Virus record (IMG/VR): IMGVR_UViG_3300020281_000010
Length of the DNA stretch: 64,000 nt
From: a virus
Strand: one strand, 5' to 3'
Shown: positions 47,692-56,369 of the stretch, in pieces
How positions within the stretch are numbered: the stretch's first letter is position 1
How the letters are laid out: every line of letters begins with the position of its first letter
The notes under the pieces: model-generated
Seen by the model: only the letters and a program-made list of their open reading frames with translations
Database searches by the model: none
Told to the model about the DNA's origin: nothing
Translations under genes and position numbers: made by a program

Positions 47692-49060
47692 TTCTGTAGA
47701 AGATCTAGTTGTTGCATCTTTGCTGCATAATACAGACTTCACTAGGAAAACTCTTCCTCATATCAAAAGAGATTACTTTGAAAACTATAATAATAAGGTA
47801 ATCTTTGAGGAACTCTCTTCATATTTTACTCAGTATGATAATCTTCCTACAAAGGAAGCATTGCGTATTGAGATTGAGTCACGTAGTGATCTAAATGAAA
47901 CTACATTCACTGAAGTAAAACAAACACTCGATCTTGCTACTGAAGAACCACACGAAATTGACTGGTTGGTACACACCTCAGAGAAGTGGTGTCGTGATCG
48001 TGCTATCTACAATGCACTCCTAGAGTCTATCCAGATTGCTGACGGTAATTCTGAGACAATGGGACGTGATGCTATCCCTTCTATTCTCTCAAATGCTTTA
48101 TCCGTTAGTTTTGATAATTCTGTTGGGCACGACTACCTTGATGATGCTGATCAACGGTATCAGTTCTACCATAGGGTAGAAGAAAAGATTCCTTTTGATA
48201 TTGAATTACTCAATAAAGTTACCAAGGGTGGTCTATCTAAGAAGACATTGAACGTAGCACTTGCAGGTACAGGTGTTGGTAAGAGTTTGTTTATGTGTCA
48301 CTGTGCTGCTGCTAATCTTGCTGCAGGATATAACGTGCTATACATCACGTTGGAGATGGCAGAAGAAAAGATTGCTGAGCGTATTGATGCTAACTTGATG
48401 AACATTCCAGTTCAGAAACTAGAGACACTACCTAAACCAATGTTCGATTCTAAGATCGAAAAGGTTCAAAACAAAACACAGGGTCGTCTCTTGATCAAGG
48501 AATATCCTACTGCATCAGCACACGTAGGACACTTCAAGGCATTGTTGCAAGAACTTTCTATCAAGAAAGCATTTGTACCAGACATCATTTATGTTGACTA
48601 CCTTAACATTTGCAGTTCGTCACGATACAAAGGTGCTATAGTTAACTCATACACATTTGTTAAATCCATTGCTGAAGAACTACGTGGACTTGCAGGTGAA
48701 CATAATGTCCCTATCGTATCCGCTACTCAAACTACTCGTAGTGGTTATGGCAATTCTGATGTTGACCTGACAGATACTTCGGAGTCATTTGGACTCCCTG
48801 CTACTGCAGACTTTATGGTTGCTCTAATCTCTACTGAGGAGATGGAAGAGTTGAATCAAATTATGGTGAAGCAACTCAAGAATAGATACAATGATCCCAC
48901 AGTAAACAAACGATTTGTTGTGGGTATTGACAGAGCGAAGATGCGTCTGTATGATTGTGAAGAACAAAAGAAGATCGTGGACTCTGGACAAGAGGAAACG
49001 ATTGATGCATCTGACATCCTAACTTTCTCTAAACAAAACTTTAACGATTTCAAAATTTAA
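47684..49060 (+). CDS. gp41: Replicative DNA helicase
   Basis: EKWCRDRAIY, AGTGVGKS, SESFGLPATAD, KQLKNRY. Confidence 0.96.
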   Translation: MSNSVEDLVVASLLHNTDFTRKTLPHIKRDYFENYNNKVIFEELSSYFTQYDNLPTKEALRIEIESRSDLNETTFTEVKQTLDLATEEPHEIDWLVHTSEKWCRDRAIYNALLESIQIADGNSETMGRDAIPSILSNALSVSFDNSVGHDYLDDADQRYQFYHRVEEKIPFDIELLNKVTKGGLSKKTLNVALAGTGVGKSLFMCHCAAANLAAGYNVLYITLEMAEEKIAERIDANLMNIPVQKLETLPKPMFDSKIEKVQNKTQGRLLIKEYPTASAHVGHFKALLQELSIKKAFVPDIIYVDYLNICSSSRYKGAIVNSYTFVKSIAEELRGLAGEHNVPIVSATQTTRSGYGNSDVDLTDTSESFGLPATADFMVALISTEEMEELNQIMVKQLKNRYNDPTVNKRFVVGIDRAKMRLYDCEEQKKIVDSGQEETIDASDILTFSKQNFNDFKI

Positions 49061-49062
49061 TT

Positions 49063-49629
49063 ATGACTGAGGAAAAAGCAGAGTTTCGGGAATCTGTGAA
49101 CACAGAACCCGAATCTATGGACAACCCTGCTGATCGTATCCCTAAAGAATTTAAGGGACCACAGGGATTCAAAGGCAAAGAAGTTTACGAAAAGCGTAAC
49201 AAGAATGCCAAGAAGAAAGAACCATTCACAGTCGATCTTGCCAACTATCTGAAGTTTGTAAATCAAACTACTAGCAAAGAGTCAAAAGATTTTGACACAC
49301 TGATGGAACGCTATGAAACTCTCAAGGGAGAGGGATGTGACATCGAACGTCTTGACACTGCTGCCTCTGGTCTTGTTGCTGAGGGTGGTGAGTTTATGGA
49401 GATTGTCAAGAAACTTAAGTTCCAAGGCAAACCCTGGAATGATGACAACAAAGAGCATCTCATCATTGAACTTGGTGATGTTATGTGGTATGTCGCCCAA
49501 GCGTGTATGGCACTTGGTGTAGGAATCGATGAAGTTATCTTCCGTAACACAGTTAAACTGACCACACGTTATCCTGAGGGTGAGTTTACTGTTGTCAGGT
49601 CTGAAAAACGTAAGAAGGGGGACAGGTAA
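49063..49629 (+). CDS. mazG: MazG-like nucleotide pyrophosphohydrolase
   Basis: GLVAEGGEFMEIVKK, ELGDVMWY. Confidence 0.9.
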   Translation: MTEEKAEFRESVNTEPESMDNPADRIPKEFKGPQGFKGKEVYEKRNKNAKKKEPFTVDLANYLKFVNQTTSKESKDFDTLMERYETLKGEGCDIERLDTAASGLVAEGGEFMEIVKKLKFQGKPWNDDNKEHLIIELGDVMWYVAQACMALGVGIDEVIFRNTVKLTTRYPEGEFTVVRSEKRKKGDR

Positions 49630-49802
49630 TGGGTACAGAAATGCTTGCAGCAAAGACAACACTTGCTATGCTCGGTGGAGCAGTCAGTGCTTGGAACTCT
49701 ATGTCATATGGAGAGGGATTTCTCTTCTCTCTATGGATTCTTGGGATGTATTATCTCAAACTAAAAATGGATAAGAGATTCGGGGTTGACAAAAGAAAGT
49801 AA
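49629..49802 (+). CDS. 57-aa membrane peptide (not in ORF track)
   Basis: MGTEMLAAK...AWNSMSYGEGFLFSLWILGMYYLKLKMDKRF. Confidence 0.55.
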   Translation: MGTEMLAAKTTLAMLGGAVSAWNSMSYGEGFLFSLWILGMYYLKLKMDKRFGVDKRK

Positions 49803-49814
49803 GTCGGTTATATT
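49786..49814 (+). promoter_or_regulatory. sigma70-like promoter for the structured RNA
   Basis: TTGACA-N17-TATATT. Confidence 0.7.
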
Positions 49815-49841
49815 ATAGGAGTCGGACCGATCAACCGACAC

Positions 49842-50007
49842 GGGAGTGACTGAATAACCCTGTTGGAATTAGGCGGGGTAATGTAAACAGTCAGGGGTGG
49901 TGCCCGCTCTTCGGAGAAGTCCTTACCAGGATGACTGTTGTTGTTATGTACTAATTTTCGCACTAGCGATTCCCATAACTTGTAGGTATAATGTATTCCT
50001 ACCTCCC
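49842..50007 (+). ncRNA. Structured RNA, manA-motif-like
   Basis: Terminal GGGAG/CUCCC stem, 5' GGGAGUGACUGAAUAA, internal GGUGGUGC and CUUACCAG, 3' GUAGG...CCUAC hairpin; resembles the cyanophage manA motif as I recall it. Confidence 0.6.
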
Positions 50008-50031
50008 ACACACCATTACATAATCAGGTTT

Positions 50032-50562
50032 ATGAATATCTTCGTTACTGATCCTGATCCAATAGCATCTGCCAGAGTTCTACCTGACAAGCACATTGTC
50101 AAAATGCCACTTGAAACCTGTCAGATGCTTTCTATTGTTGCATCAGAAAAGTGGGGTCACGGTTTCGGTGACCTACCAAAACTTGACGGTACTCCTTACA
50201 AAACAGACAAGGGTGCCTTTCGTAATCATCCCTGTACAGTATGGGCAAACAGTTTTGTGCTCAACTGGCGATGGTTAATCACTCACGGTCTTGCACTGTG
50301 CAACGAATACACATTACGCTATGGCAAAATCCACTCTTGTCAATCCACCATTGAACACGCTAGTAAAATCTTTCCTACAGGTGATCCTACGGGTCGTAGT
50401 GGGAAACATCCTACTCCATTCGTCAGAGCAATGTTCGACGAGTTCAAACACGACCAGTCGATAGACACATTCACAGCATATAAAAGGTATATCGCTTCAA
50501 AACCTTGGGTCAAAGATAACTATCTCCGTTTGCCAGAACGTAAACCAGATTGGGTTTCATAA
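50032..50562 (+). CDS. Pyrimidine-dimer DNA glycosylase-like (DenV superfamily) protein
   Basis: MNIFVTDPDP...DKHIVKMPLETCQML...HPCTVWA...TAYKRY. Confidence 0.75.
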   Translation: MNIFVTDPDPIASARVLPDKHIVKMPLETCQMLSIVASEKWGHGFGDLPKLDGTPYKTDKGAFRNHPCTVWANSFVLNWRWLITHGLALCNEYTLRYGKIHSCQSTIEHASKIFPTGDPTGRSGKHPTPFVRAMFDEFKHDQSIDTFTAYKRYIASKPWVKDNYLRLPERKPDWVS

Positions 50563-50565
50563 ATA
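50558..50565 (+). promoter_or_regulatory. Late promoter CATAAATA
   Basis: Upstream of ORF 50584. Confidence 0.6.
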
Positions 50566-50583
50566 CTTAAAAAGTATAGCGCA

Positions 50584-51417
50584 ATGGCAAACAAGGGATT
50601 GCAATTTGAACACGCTGTGATGTACTCGGCAACGAGTCGTATTATTAATAAGAGTTCTCAGAATCAGAAAGATTTTGAGGATGCCTCAGGACGTATTAGT
50701 GGCATCCCAAATGACATAAGATCTGCTGCGGATAGAATTGTTGAGTCTATGGCACCTACTGGTAATAATATAGAAGCAAGACAGAAATATTATCAATCAT
50801 TCCAAAAGATGTCTGGTGGTGGAGAAGAACCAAAGACAGACATTATGTTTAAGTCGGGTGGTAAGACATACAAATGCTCTATGAAATGGGGCAAGTCATA
50901 TCAGTTGACATCTGCAGGCATTGATAAGTCTGTAGCAGTGTTCCAAAAAGTATTATCAAAGACTGCTAAACAATGTGGCGGTGGATCTACTAACGCACAG
51001 ACACTTGGTTACTTGCAGTTGATTCTTGAGCAGATTGGAAATAAATGTGAGAACGCAAAGGGAACTGTTGATCAACCAACAGCAAAAAGAATCCTTTCAG
51101 ATATTAAAAAGTCAGGTGGATTGAATGAACAGTTGCAAGAAGTGCTAGGTTCAAAAGCAAAACCTGATGGTGCTGCTGCATATGATTGCTTCAAGTATAA
51201 TCTTACACACGAGTGTATGACAGGTGCTATGTTATTCAACAATGATGACAGGGCAGCGTCTCATATCCTCACTGAGGATGGTGTGAAAGAAATTGATGAG
51301 AAAGTGGTCAGAGGTGTGATGAAACAGGCAGGTGTCAGGATGGCACTGAAGGGCAGGGGTAAGGACAAAGTTACAGGTGTCCGTCAAAATGCCATTGTGA
51401 TCCGATACGAGGTATAA
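50584..51417 (+). CDS. Putative PD-(D/E)xK endonuclease-like protein
   Basis: FE...PKTDIMF...YKCSMK pattern. Confidence 0.5.
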   Translation: MANKGLQFEHAVMYSATSRIINKSSQNQKDFEDASGRISGIPNDIRSAADRIVESMAPTGNNIEARQKYYQSFQKMSGGGEEPKTDIMFKSGGKTYKCSMKWGKSYQLTSAGIDKSVAVFQKVLSKTAKQCGGGSTNAQTLGYLQLILEQIGNKCENAKGTVDQPTAKRILSDIKKSGGLNEQLQEVLGSKAKPDGAAAYDCFKYNLTHECMTGAMLFNNDDRAASHILTEDGVKEIDEKVVRGVMKQAGVRMALKGRGKDKVTGVRQNAIVIRYEV

Positions 51418-51424
51418 TAAAGGT

Positions 51425-52618
51425 ATGGCAAAGCAAAATACCCACCTCGAACACCTTGAAGATGACATCCTAAATCAAGGTTCGAACGGAGGACGAAACG
51501 CTATCGCATTCCTCAGAGAACTTGGCAAGATGCTCACCGAACCTGTATCAGGTGTCGGTGTTACTACCAAATGGGACGGTGCTCCTGCTGTTATTTGTGG
51601 CAAGCACCCTACAACTGGTAGGTTTTTTGTTGGTACGAAGGGTGTCTTTGCTAAGATGCCAAAAATTTGTATGAATGATGAGGATGTAGATAGATTCTAC
51701 AGTGGAGAACTGGCAAAAAAACTAAAGATGTGCTTGCGTCTCCTCCCTCAGGTACCTATGAAAGGTGTACTGCAGGGTGATTTGTTGTTCACCAAAGGTG
51801 ATGTGTCAACAAGGAAGATGAATGGTCAGAAGTGTCATACTTTTATGCCAAACACCATCACATATGCTGTACCTGTTAACACACCGATGGGTAAGAAGGT
51901 AGCGACAAGTCAACTTGGTATTGTATTTCATACCACATATACTGGTGGTCCTACACTCAGGGATATGAAACCTGGGTTTGGTGTTGATGCAAAAAGAATG
52001 CAAGCATCACCCAACGTTGCAGTGTTTAGTTCAGAGTTTACAGATGCCACAGATGCATCTAGGTTTAATGCTGCAGAGAGAGGTAAGTATGATCTGCTAG
52101 TCAACCGTGCTGAAGGTTCTCTCAAGCAAGCATCTAGATTCTTGGACATCCTACAGGATCAAGGAGAGGGTAAGTTTATGCTCTCTGCTATGTTCAAAGT
52201 TTATTTCAACTCATTTATTCGTACTGGTAAACCTATTGTCAATGCACAGAAAGTTGCAGCAGGATTCGCTGCATTCTATTCAGCAGCACTAGACAAAGAG
52301 ATTCAGTCTAAGAAACAAGAAGCAACTAAGAAAAAATATCAGACCATCAAAGCAAACGGTCTGAAGTTTCTAAAGTCAAACGGACGTGCTGTGTATATGA
52401 CTGTCGCATCCTATATGAATTTGATCGCTGCTAAGACTGTAGTTGTCAAACAACTAGGAAAAGTCCAAGACATCGGTACATATATTAAGACACCCAATGG
52501 TTACAGAGTCACTGCACCAGAGGGTTTTGTAGCGATCAAGTCAGGTTCTGCCCTCAAACTTGTCGATCGTTTGGAGTTCTCTAGAGCGAACTTCACAGTA
52601 GAAAAAAATTGGGGGTGA
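51425..52618 (+). CDS. Ligase-fold nucleotidyltransferase-like protein (DUF6267-like)
   Basis: TKWDG (motif I), LQGDLLF (III), PEGFV (IV), LKLVD (V). Confidence 0.6.
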   Translation: MAKQNTHLEHLEDDILNQGSNGGRNAIAFLRELGKMLTEPVSGVGVTTKWDGAPAVICGKHPTTGRFFVGTKGVFAKMPKICMNDEDVDRFYSGELAKKLKMCLRLLPQVPMKGVLQGDLLFTKGDVSTRKMNGQKCHTFMPNTITYAVPVNTPMGKKVATSQLGIVFHTTYTGGPTLRDMKPGFGVDAKRMQASPNVAVFSSEFTDATDASRFNAAERGKYDLLVNRAEGSLKQASRFLDILQDQGEGKFMLSAMFKVYFNSFIRTGKPIVNAQKVAAGFAAFYSAALDKEIQSKKQEATKKKYQTIKANGLKFLKSNGRAVYMTVASYMNLIAAKTVVVKQLGKVQDIGTYIKTPNGYRVTAPEGFVAIKSGSALKLVDRLEFSRANFTVEKNWG

Positions 52619-52624
52619 TAAATA
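52617..52624 (+). promoter_or_regulatory. Late promoter GATAAATA
   Basis: Upstream of the cytidylyltransferase-like gene. Confidence 0.65.
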
Positions 52625-52648
52625 GATATGGAAAACACCAGTATATCA

Positions 52649-53806
52649 ATGAAGTTCAGTCAGTTTATAACTGAAGCACGCACCGCTGCAGGTGAGGTTG
52701 CTGCTAAGAGAGGTCTCCAACACGCAGGTCACGGTTACTATGCCGATAGGCAGGGTAACATTGTTGCTAAGTCTGAGGGAGGTAATCGTCTGGTGCCTGT
52801 CGATGGTAAAGAGGCAGAGCAAGCAAAGATAAATTCCGATCAAGGAGCAGCAGAAGACGAGCATATCAATAGTGGTGAAGGTCTGGGTACTATCGCTCTA
52901 ACCTTTGGACGTTTTAATCCTCCTACTGTTGGTCACGAGAAACTACTGAACACTGTATCTGAACAGGGTGCTGACAACTATAGAATCTATCCATCACGTA
53001 CTGTGGATCCTAAAAAGAACCCACTAGAACCTGATGTTAAGATTGATTTTATGACAAGGATGTTCCCTAATCACGCTGACGCTATCGTCAACGATGGTGA
53101 TATGTCTAACATCTTCAATGTACTTTCCAACCTCAATCAGGAAGGTTACTCAGGTGTAACAATGGTTGTTGGTTCTGACAGAGTATCAGAATTCAAATCA
53201 TTGCTTGAGAAATATAATGGTCAGGCATATGACTTTGAAGAACTCAATGTGATCAGTGCAGGAGAAAGAGATCCTGATGCTGAAGGTGTAGAAGGTATGA
53301 GTGCATCCAAGTTGCGAGCAATGGCAGCAGCGGGTGACTTAGAAGGTTTTACCCAAGGTGTCCCTGGTGGGGATGTCAAACTTGCTGAACAACTAATGAT
53401 GGAAGTTCGTGCAGGTATGGGTATCGTTGAACAGGAACAGGAAGAGGTTGCTGAACTTTGGGACATCGCTCCTAAACTTGACGCAGAGAATCTTCGTGAA
53501 GCGTTCTTCGAAGATAAAGTATTCCCTATGGGTTGTATTGTCGAACACCTAGACACAGGTATTAGAGGTACAGTCATTAGGAGAGGAACTAATTATGTAA
53601 TCTTTGAAACACCAGAGCATTTCAAATTCAATGTCTGGTTAACTTCTATTATGGAAGTAAAAGAACTGCATAAGTCAGCAGACGATGGCAGTGGAAATAC
53701 CTGGAAGGTCGGCACTGATACATATAGACACGCAGTCCAAGCGATGACACCTGGACAGTTGGTCAAAAAGTTCAGTGACTTCAGAAAAACAGGGTCAACT
53801 AAATAG
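52649..53806 (+). CDS. HxGH (cytidylyltransferase-like) nucleotidyltransferase
   Basis: FGRFNPPTVGH, VVGSDR, MSASKLR; start at 52649 (MKFSQFITEA) preferred. Confidence 0.85.
   Translation: MKFSQFITEARTAAGEVAAKRGLQHAGHGYYADRQGNIVAKSEGGNRLVPVDGKEAEQAKINSDQGAAEDEHINSGEGLGTIALTFGRFNPPTVGHEKLLNTVSEQGADNYRIYPSRTVDPKKNPLEPDVKIDFMTRMFPNHADAIVNDGDMSNIFNVLSNLNQEGYSGVTMVVGSDRVSEFKSLLEKYNGQAYDFEELNVISAGERDPDAEGVEGMSASKLRAMAAAGDLEGFTQGVPGGDVKLAEQLMMEVRAGMGIVEQEQEEVAELWDIAPKLDAENLREAFFEDKVFPMGCIVEHLDTGIRGTVIRRGTNYVIFETPEHFKFNVWLTSIMEVKELHKSADDGSGNTWKVGTDTYRHAVQAMTPGQLVKKFSDFRKTGSTK
53799..53805 (+). promoter_or_regulatory. Late promoter variant CTAAATA
   Basis: Upstream of ORF 53828. Confidence 0.55.
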
Positions 53807-53827
53807 TATTACGCAAATTTTCGACAG

Positions 53828-55921
53828 ATGGATTTAGAAACTACTTCGAAACTTCTGAAGTATTCACCTTCGGACGTACAATCAGTTACCTACGTTATTG
53901 AATACGCAGAGCATAACTTCACTGGTGAAGCACGCTATGCTTATCTTGAGGAGCGTCTTGTCACTCCAACAGAGAAGGCAATCGCTGAAGTTATTATCGA
54001 AGGTAAGAAAGGTTTATGGGATAACATTCACGCTAAGAGAAAGCGTGGAGAAGCACCTGCAAAACCTGGGGACAAAGACTATCCTAAAACACTCAACGTT
54101 GAGCATCACGAGAAGGATGAGAACGGTAAAGTTATTGAGCACGATGTCGAAGATGATGTCACCGAAGGTAGTGCCTATGGTATCTACAAAGGTGATGGTG
54201 TAGATAAGATTAGAGCACCTCGTAAACAAAAAGGTGCAATGGCATATGATGGTCCTAACAAGGCAGCATCTGAAGCACGCGATAGAATCCTTGCCAAGAC
54301 AAAGGCAAAGCGTGCAAAGATCAAGGAGGAAACTTCTAATGCAGCAACACTGAACAACAAACCAAGTGCTGCATCTCCTAAAATTGATACACCTAAGGAA
54401 AAGCAGTCAACCGTTGATCCTCAATGCGAGAATCAAAGATCAATCAAAGCAAAAGGTTCGACTCCTAAGACTCAGGTTGAAGAAGGACTTAAACAGGCAC
54501 GTAAGAACGTCGGCGCTAGTAAGTGTTGGGACGGTTACGTTGCTAAAGGTACCAAGAAAAAGAACGGTAAGGACGTTCCTAACTGTGTACCCGCTAACGA
54601 GGAATGGGTATGGGATGTTGTAGACGAACTCGGTGAAGAGTTTGACATCCTTACAGATCAGGATCTACAAGATGTTGTTGTAGAGGCACTGTTAGATTTC
54701 GAGACAGAAGAGTATCTAACTGAAGCACTTGACATCTTGGATGGATTCGAACTACTTGTTGAATCAGATAAGTATTACGACTCTGCAGTCAAATCATCTA
54801 AGGATGCTGCAGCACGTATTAACAGAGGCAAAAGAGCAGAGCGTTTGAAAGGCGCTGCATCTAAAGCAGGTTCTATCGTCAAGAAAGGACTTGGAATGGC
54901 AGGACGTGCTGCTAAAGCAGGTGCCAAAGCAGGTGCTAAAGGTGCAGTTCGTGGTGCAGGTTATGCATCAGGTCTTGCACAACGTGCAGCATCTTCTGCT
55001 AAGAGAGAATTCTCTCAAGGCAGAGAACGTGGACTTGGTGGTTCATCAGGTGGTTCATCAGGTGGTGGATCTTCTTCCTCAAACAATAGACCAGTACAAA
55101 CCTCAGGTAAAATCGATCGCAGACCACAACCTCAGTCTGGTGGCGGTTCTGCTCCTAAAAAGAAGGCAGGTCCAGGTCTTCTCAGTCGTGCTGCAGGTGC
55201 AGTCGGCAGAGGACTTAGAAAGGCAGTCGGAGCAGGTGCTAAGGCAGCAGGTAAAGTGGCAGTCGGTGGAGCAAAACTTGCAGGTAAGGCAGCAGTTGGT
55301 ACTGCAAAGGTCGCAGGTAAGACTGCGGTCGGTGCCGCCAAACTTGGTGGTAAGGCAGTAGCAGGTACCGCTAAAGTTGCAGGTAAAACTGCAGTTGGTG
55401 GTGCTAAACTTGCAGGCAAAGCGGTTGGTAAAACTGCACAGGCAGCAGGTTCTGTCGCTAAGGCAGGTGGTAAAGCAGCAGTAGGCACTGCTAAGGCAGC
55501 AGGTAGTGCTGTCAAGAAGACAGGTGCTGCTGTTGGTGGTGCTGTCAAGAAGACTGGTCAAGCAGCGGGTAATCTTGGTAAAAAAGTTATTGGTAAAACC
55601 TCAAGAGCAATCTCTAAAGGGTCTGATAAACTAGCAAGAAAACTCGGAGAAGAACAAATGCACGAATCAAGAGTGGACAAGGTAAGACGCCTTGCACTAG
55701 CACAAGAAACTTTCGAACACGACATCGCACAGGCACGCAATCCTGATGCTGATTCTTGGAGAGAGCGTCTTGCATACAGCAAGTACATTGCTGAACAACC
55801 AACCCCAGAGCAGTTGAAAAAGCGTGAAGTTCTAAAACAAACTAAGGAACTCACCAACAAAGGAAAGCACAAGGAAGCATCTGAATTATTCAAGAAGAAC
55901 TTCCCGAACTTTGGTAAATAG
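53828..55921 (+). CDS. Large modular Lys/Ala/Gly-rich protein (probable internal head polyprotein)
   Basis: Basic modules delimited by hydrophobic-x-E sites; 11-aa repeats. Confidence 0.7.
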   Translation: MDLETTSKLLKYSPSDVQSVTYVIEYAEHNFTGEARYAYLEERLVTPTEKAIAEVIIEGKKGLWDNIHAKRKRGEAPAKPGDKDYPKTLNVEHHEKDENGKVIEHDVEDDVTEGSAYGIYKGDGVDKIRAPRKQKGAMAYDGPNKAASEARDRILAKTKAKRAKIKEETSNAATLNNKPSAASPKIDTPKEKQSTVDPQCENQRSIKAKGSTPKTQVEEGLKQARKNVGASKCWDGYVAKGTKKKNGKDVPNCVPANEEWVWDVVDELGEEFDILTDQDLQDVVVEALLDFETEEYLTEALDILDGFELLVESDKYYDSAVKSSKDAAARINRGKRAERLKGAASKAGSIVKKGLGMAGRAAKAGAKAGAKGAVRGAGYASGLAQRAASSAKREFSQGRERGLGGSSGGSSGGGSSSSNNRPVQTSGKIDRRPQPQSGGGSAPKKKAGPGLLSRAAGAVGRGLRKAVGAGAKAAGKVAVGGAKLAGKAAVGTAKVAGKTAVGAAKLGGKAVAGTAKVAGKTAVGGAKLAGKAVGKTAQAAGSVAKAGGKAAVGTAKAAGSAVKKTGAAVGGAVKKTGQAAGNLGKKVIGKTSRAISKGSDKLARKLGEEQMHESRVDKVRRLALAQETFEHDIAQARNPDADSWRERLAYSKYIAEQPTPEQLKKREVLKQTKELTNKGKHKEASELFKKNFPNFGK
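55238..55435 (+). repeat. Degenerate 33-bp (11-aa) tandem repeat, about 6 copies
   Basis: AKAAGKVAVGG/AKLAGKAAVGT/AKVAGKTAVGA/AKLGGKAVAGT/AKVAGKTAVGG/AKLAGKAVGKT. Confidence 0.85.
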
Positions 55922-55922
55922 T

Positions 55923-56369
55923 ATGGGCAAAAAAACAAAAATTATTATCAACCCTAAGAAGGAAGATCTAATGAAGGAATCCATCCGCGCACTTCTTCAG
56001 GCAGAACTCGCTGATCTGAAAGAAGCATCTAAAAAGAAACTTGACCCTGTAGGTAAGGAAGACAAGGACATCGACAACGACGGTGACCACGATAAGTCTG
56101 ACAAGTACCTGATCAATCGCAGAAAAACTGTTGCGAAAGCGATGGGAAAGAAAACCCATCTATGTGCTAAGTATGTTGAGCACGCTGAGTATGGTTTGTG
56201 CTATACAATTCCTGAGGCACATACCTTGGTAGAGATGGCAGAACCTGATGAGTTCGGTCACACTCACGAGGTTACTCACTACGACATCGTAGATGAGGCA
56301 GAACAAATGTACAGTCAAGTTCCTGCTAGTGAACTCGATATGGTTATTGTTGAATCGCACAAGCACTAA
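55923..56369 (+). CDS. Modular hypothetical protein with EF-hand-like loop
   Basis: LKE/ASKKKLDPVGKEDKDIDNDGDHDKSD. Confidence 0.7.
   Translation: MGKKTKIIINPKKEDLMKESIRALLQAELADLKEASKKKLDPVGKEDKDIDNDGDHDKSDKYLINRRKTVAKAMGKKTHLCAKYVEHAEYGLCYTIPEAHTLVEMAEPDEFGHTHEVTHYDIVDEAEQMYSQVPASELDMVIVESHKH

Noticed and set aside
49897-50031. Upstream extension of the DenV-like ORF (221 aa in the track)
   Set aside because: It runs through the structured RNA; the family N-terminus MNIF begins at 50032
55238-55435. Possible CRISPR or mini-array
   Set aside because: Degenerate in-frame coding repeats with no unique spacers
55103-55938. Minus-strand ORFs (152, 138, 126 aa) over the Lys/Ala repeats
   Set aside because: Shadow frames of the repetitive, stop-poor + strand gene
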